A stretch of DNA of 63,522 nucleotides, counting the filler, from Parasitella parasitica NRRL 2501 (lineage: Eukaryota > Fungi > Mucoromycota), in NCBI GenBank assembly GCA_025201805.1. It is 14 parts of 14 records of this genome, joined end to end, with 100 filler letters (N's around TTAATTAATTAA, not from the genome) between each part and the next. Parts side by side here need not be neighbours in the genome. Positions count along the whole stretch, not along the records: positions 61,687 to 63,522 come from MU619435.1; 13 more parts are not named here. One strand, written 5' to 3'. Under the pieces are notes generated by a model that ran no database searches, had not been told where the DNA came from, and saw only the letters and a list, made by a program, of their open reading frames with translations. The translations under genes were made by a program, and so were the position numbers. Positions 63,083-63,522 of the stretch are shown here, one piece after another; positions within the stretch are counted from its first letter, which is position 1; each line of letters begins with the position of its first letter.

Positions 63083-63154
63083 TTCCCCAACGGGGAATTG
63101 AACCCCGGCCGCATCGGTGAAAGCGATGAATCCTAGCCACTAGACCATTGAGGA
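63083..63154 (-). tRNA. tRNA-Glu(UUC)
   Basis: TCCTCAATGGTCTAGTGGCTAGGATT-CATCG CT TTC AC CGATG-CGGCCGGGGTTCAATTCCCCG-TTGGGGAA; 72 nt, followed by an oligo-T terminator. Confidence 0.96.
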
Positions 63155-63426
63155 TTTTATATTGTTGATACATGCGTATTTTTTTTGGTGTCAACTTACA
63201 ATATACTATTTCTCAAAAAGGCAACTCATTTTCACGTGATGTTTATGAAGAGTCAAGTAATACGTATTTTTTAAATGGTGTTTGAATGCATGTTTATTCT
63301 GGAGTCTCAAGTGTTCTGAGGTGAAGGTCAATCTAAATTTAGCCTCTTATTTTGGATTATGTAATTGTTGCCGATGGCTAAATGTTGAAGTTCATGGTTA
63401 CATTTTGATCTGGGGCATTTATTTTT

Positions 63427-63522
63427 TGATCTGCCATAATTATAGATAGGAGATCATGGCAATGTACTTCAATTGAAGATTGAAGATTGTCCAATGATGT
63501 GATGTGATACGCTTGTGTAAAT
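63427..63522 (+). repeat. TGATCTGC family copy, truncated by the window end
   Basis: Nearly identical to the reverse complement of 27728-27807. Confidence 0.8.

Overview
Low-GC eukaryotic DNA, most likely from a Mucorales (early-diverging) fungus. This is inferred from the short GT-AG introns, the ubiquitin sequence type and the L1-like elements. The window is not one locus: it is 14 contigs joined by 13 synthetic 100-bp linkers (N44-TTAATTAATTAA-N44), so adjacency across a linker carries no meaning. Contig 1 holds ordinary genes (an MFS transporter, a variant tri-ubiquitin, Sds22, an Sds3-like protein, a HAD hydrolase and a hypothetical protein) followed by an intact L1-clade LINE. Another contig holds a sphingoid-phosphate phosphatase, a forkhead transcription factor and prohibitin-2. 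The remainder is transposon-rich (L1, Tc1/mariner, CACTA, Ty3/gypsy, DIRS, solo-LTR-like repeats) and includes tRNA-Lys(CUU) and tRNA-Glu(UUC). The main discovery is that three separate small contigs (22.2-22.9 kb, 51.8-52.4 kb, 60.7-61.4 kb) share one non-coding architecture: an outward-facing LINE 5' end, then a ~500-bp tract of ~85-95% AT, then a gaplessly alignable ~50-bp motif. In the two complete contigs this motif begins an array of (C)ATAGGT-like sites phased about 37 bp apart. These look like sequence-defined core centromeres of the CENP-A-less Mucorales type, with a phased site array and polarised LINE insertions around them.
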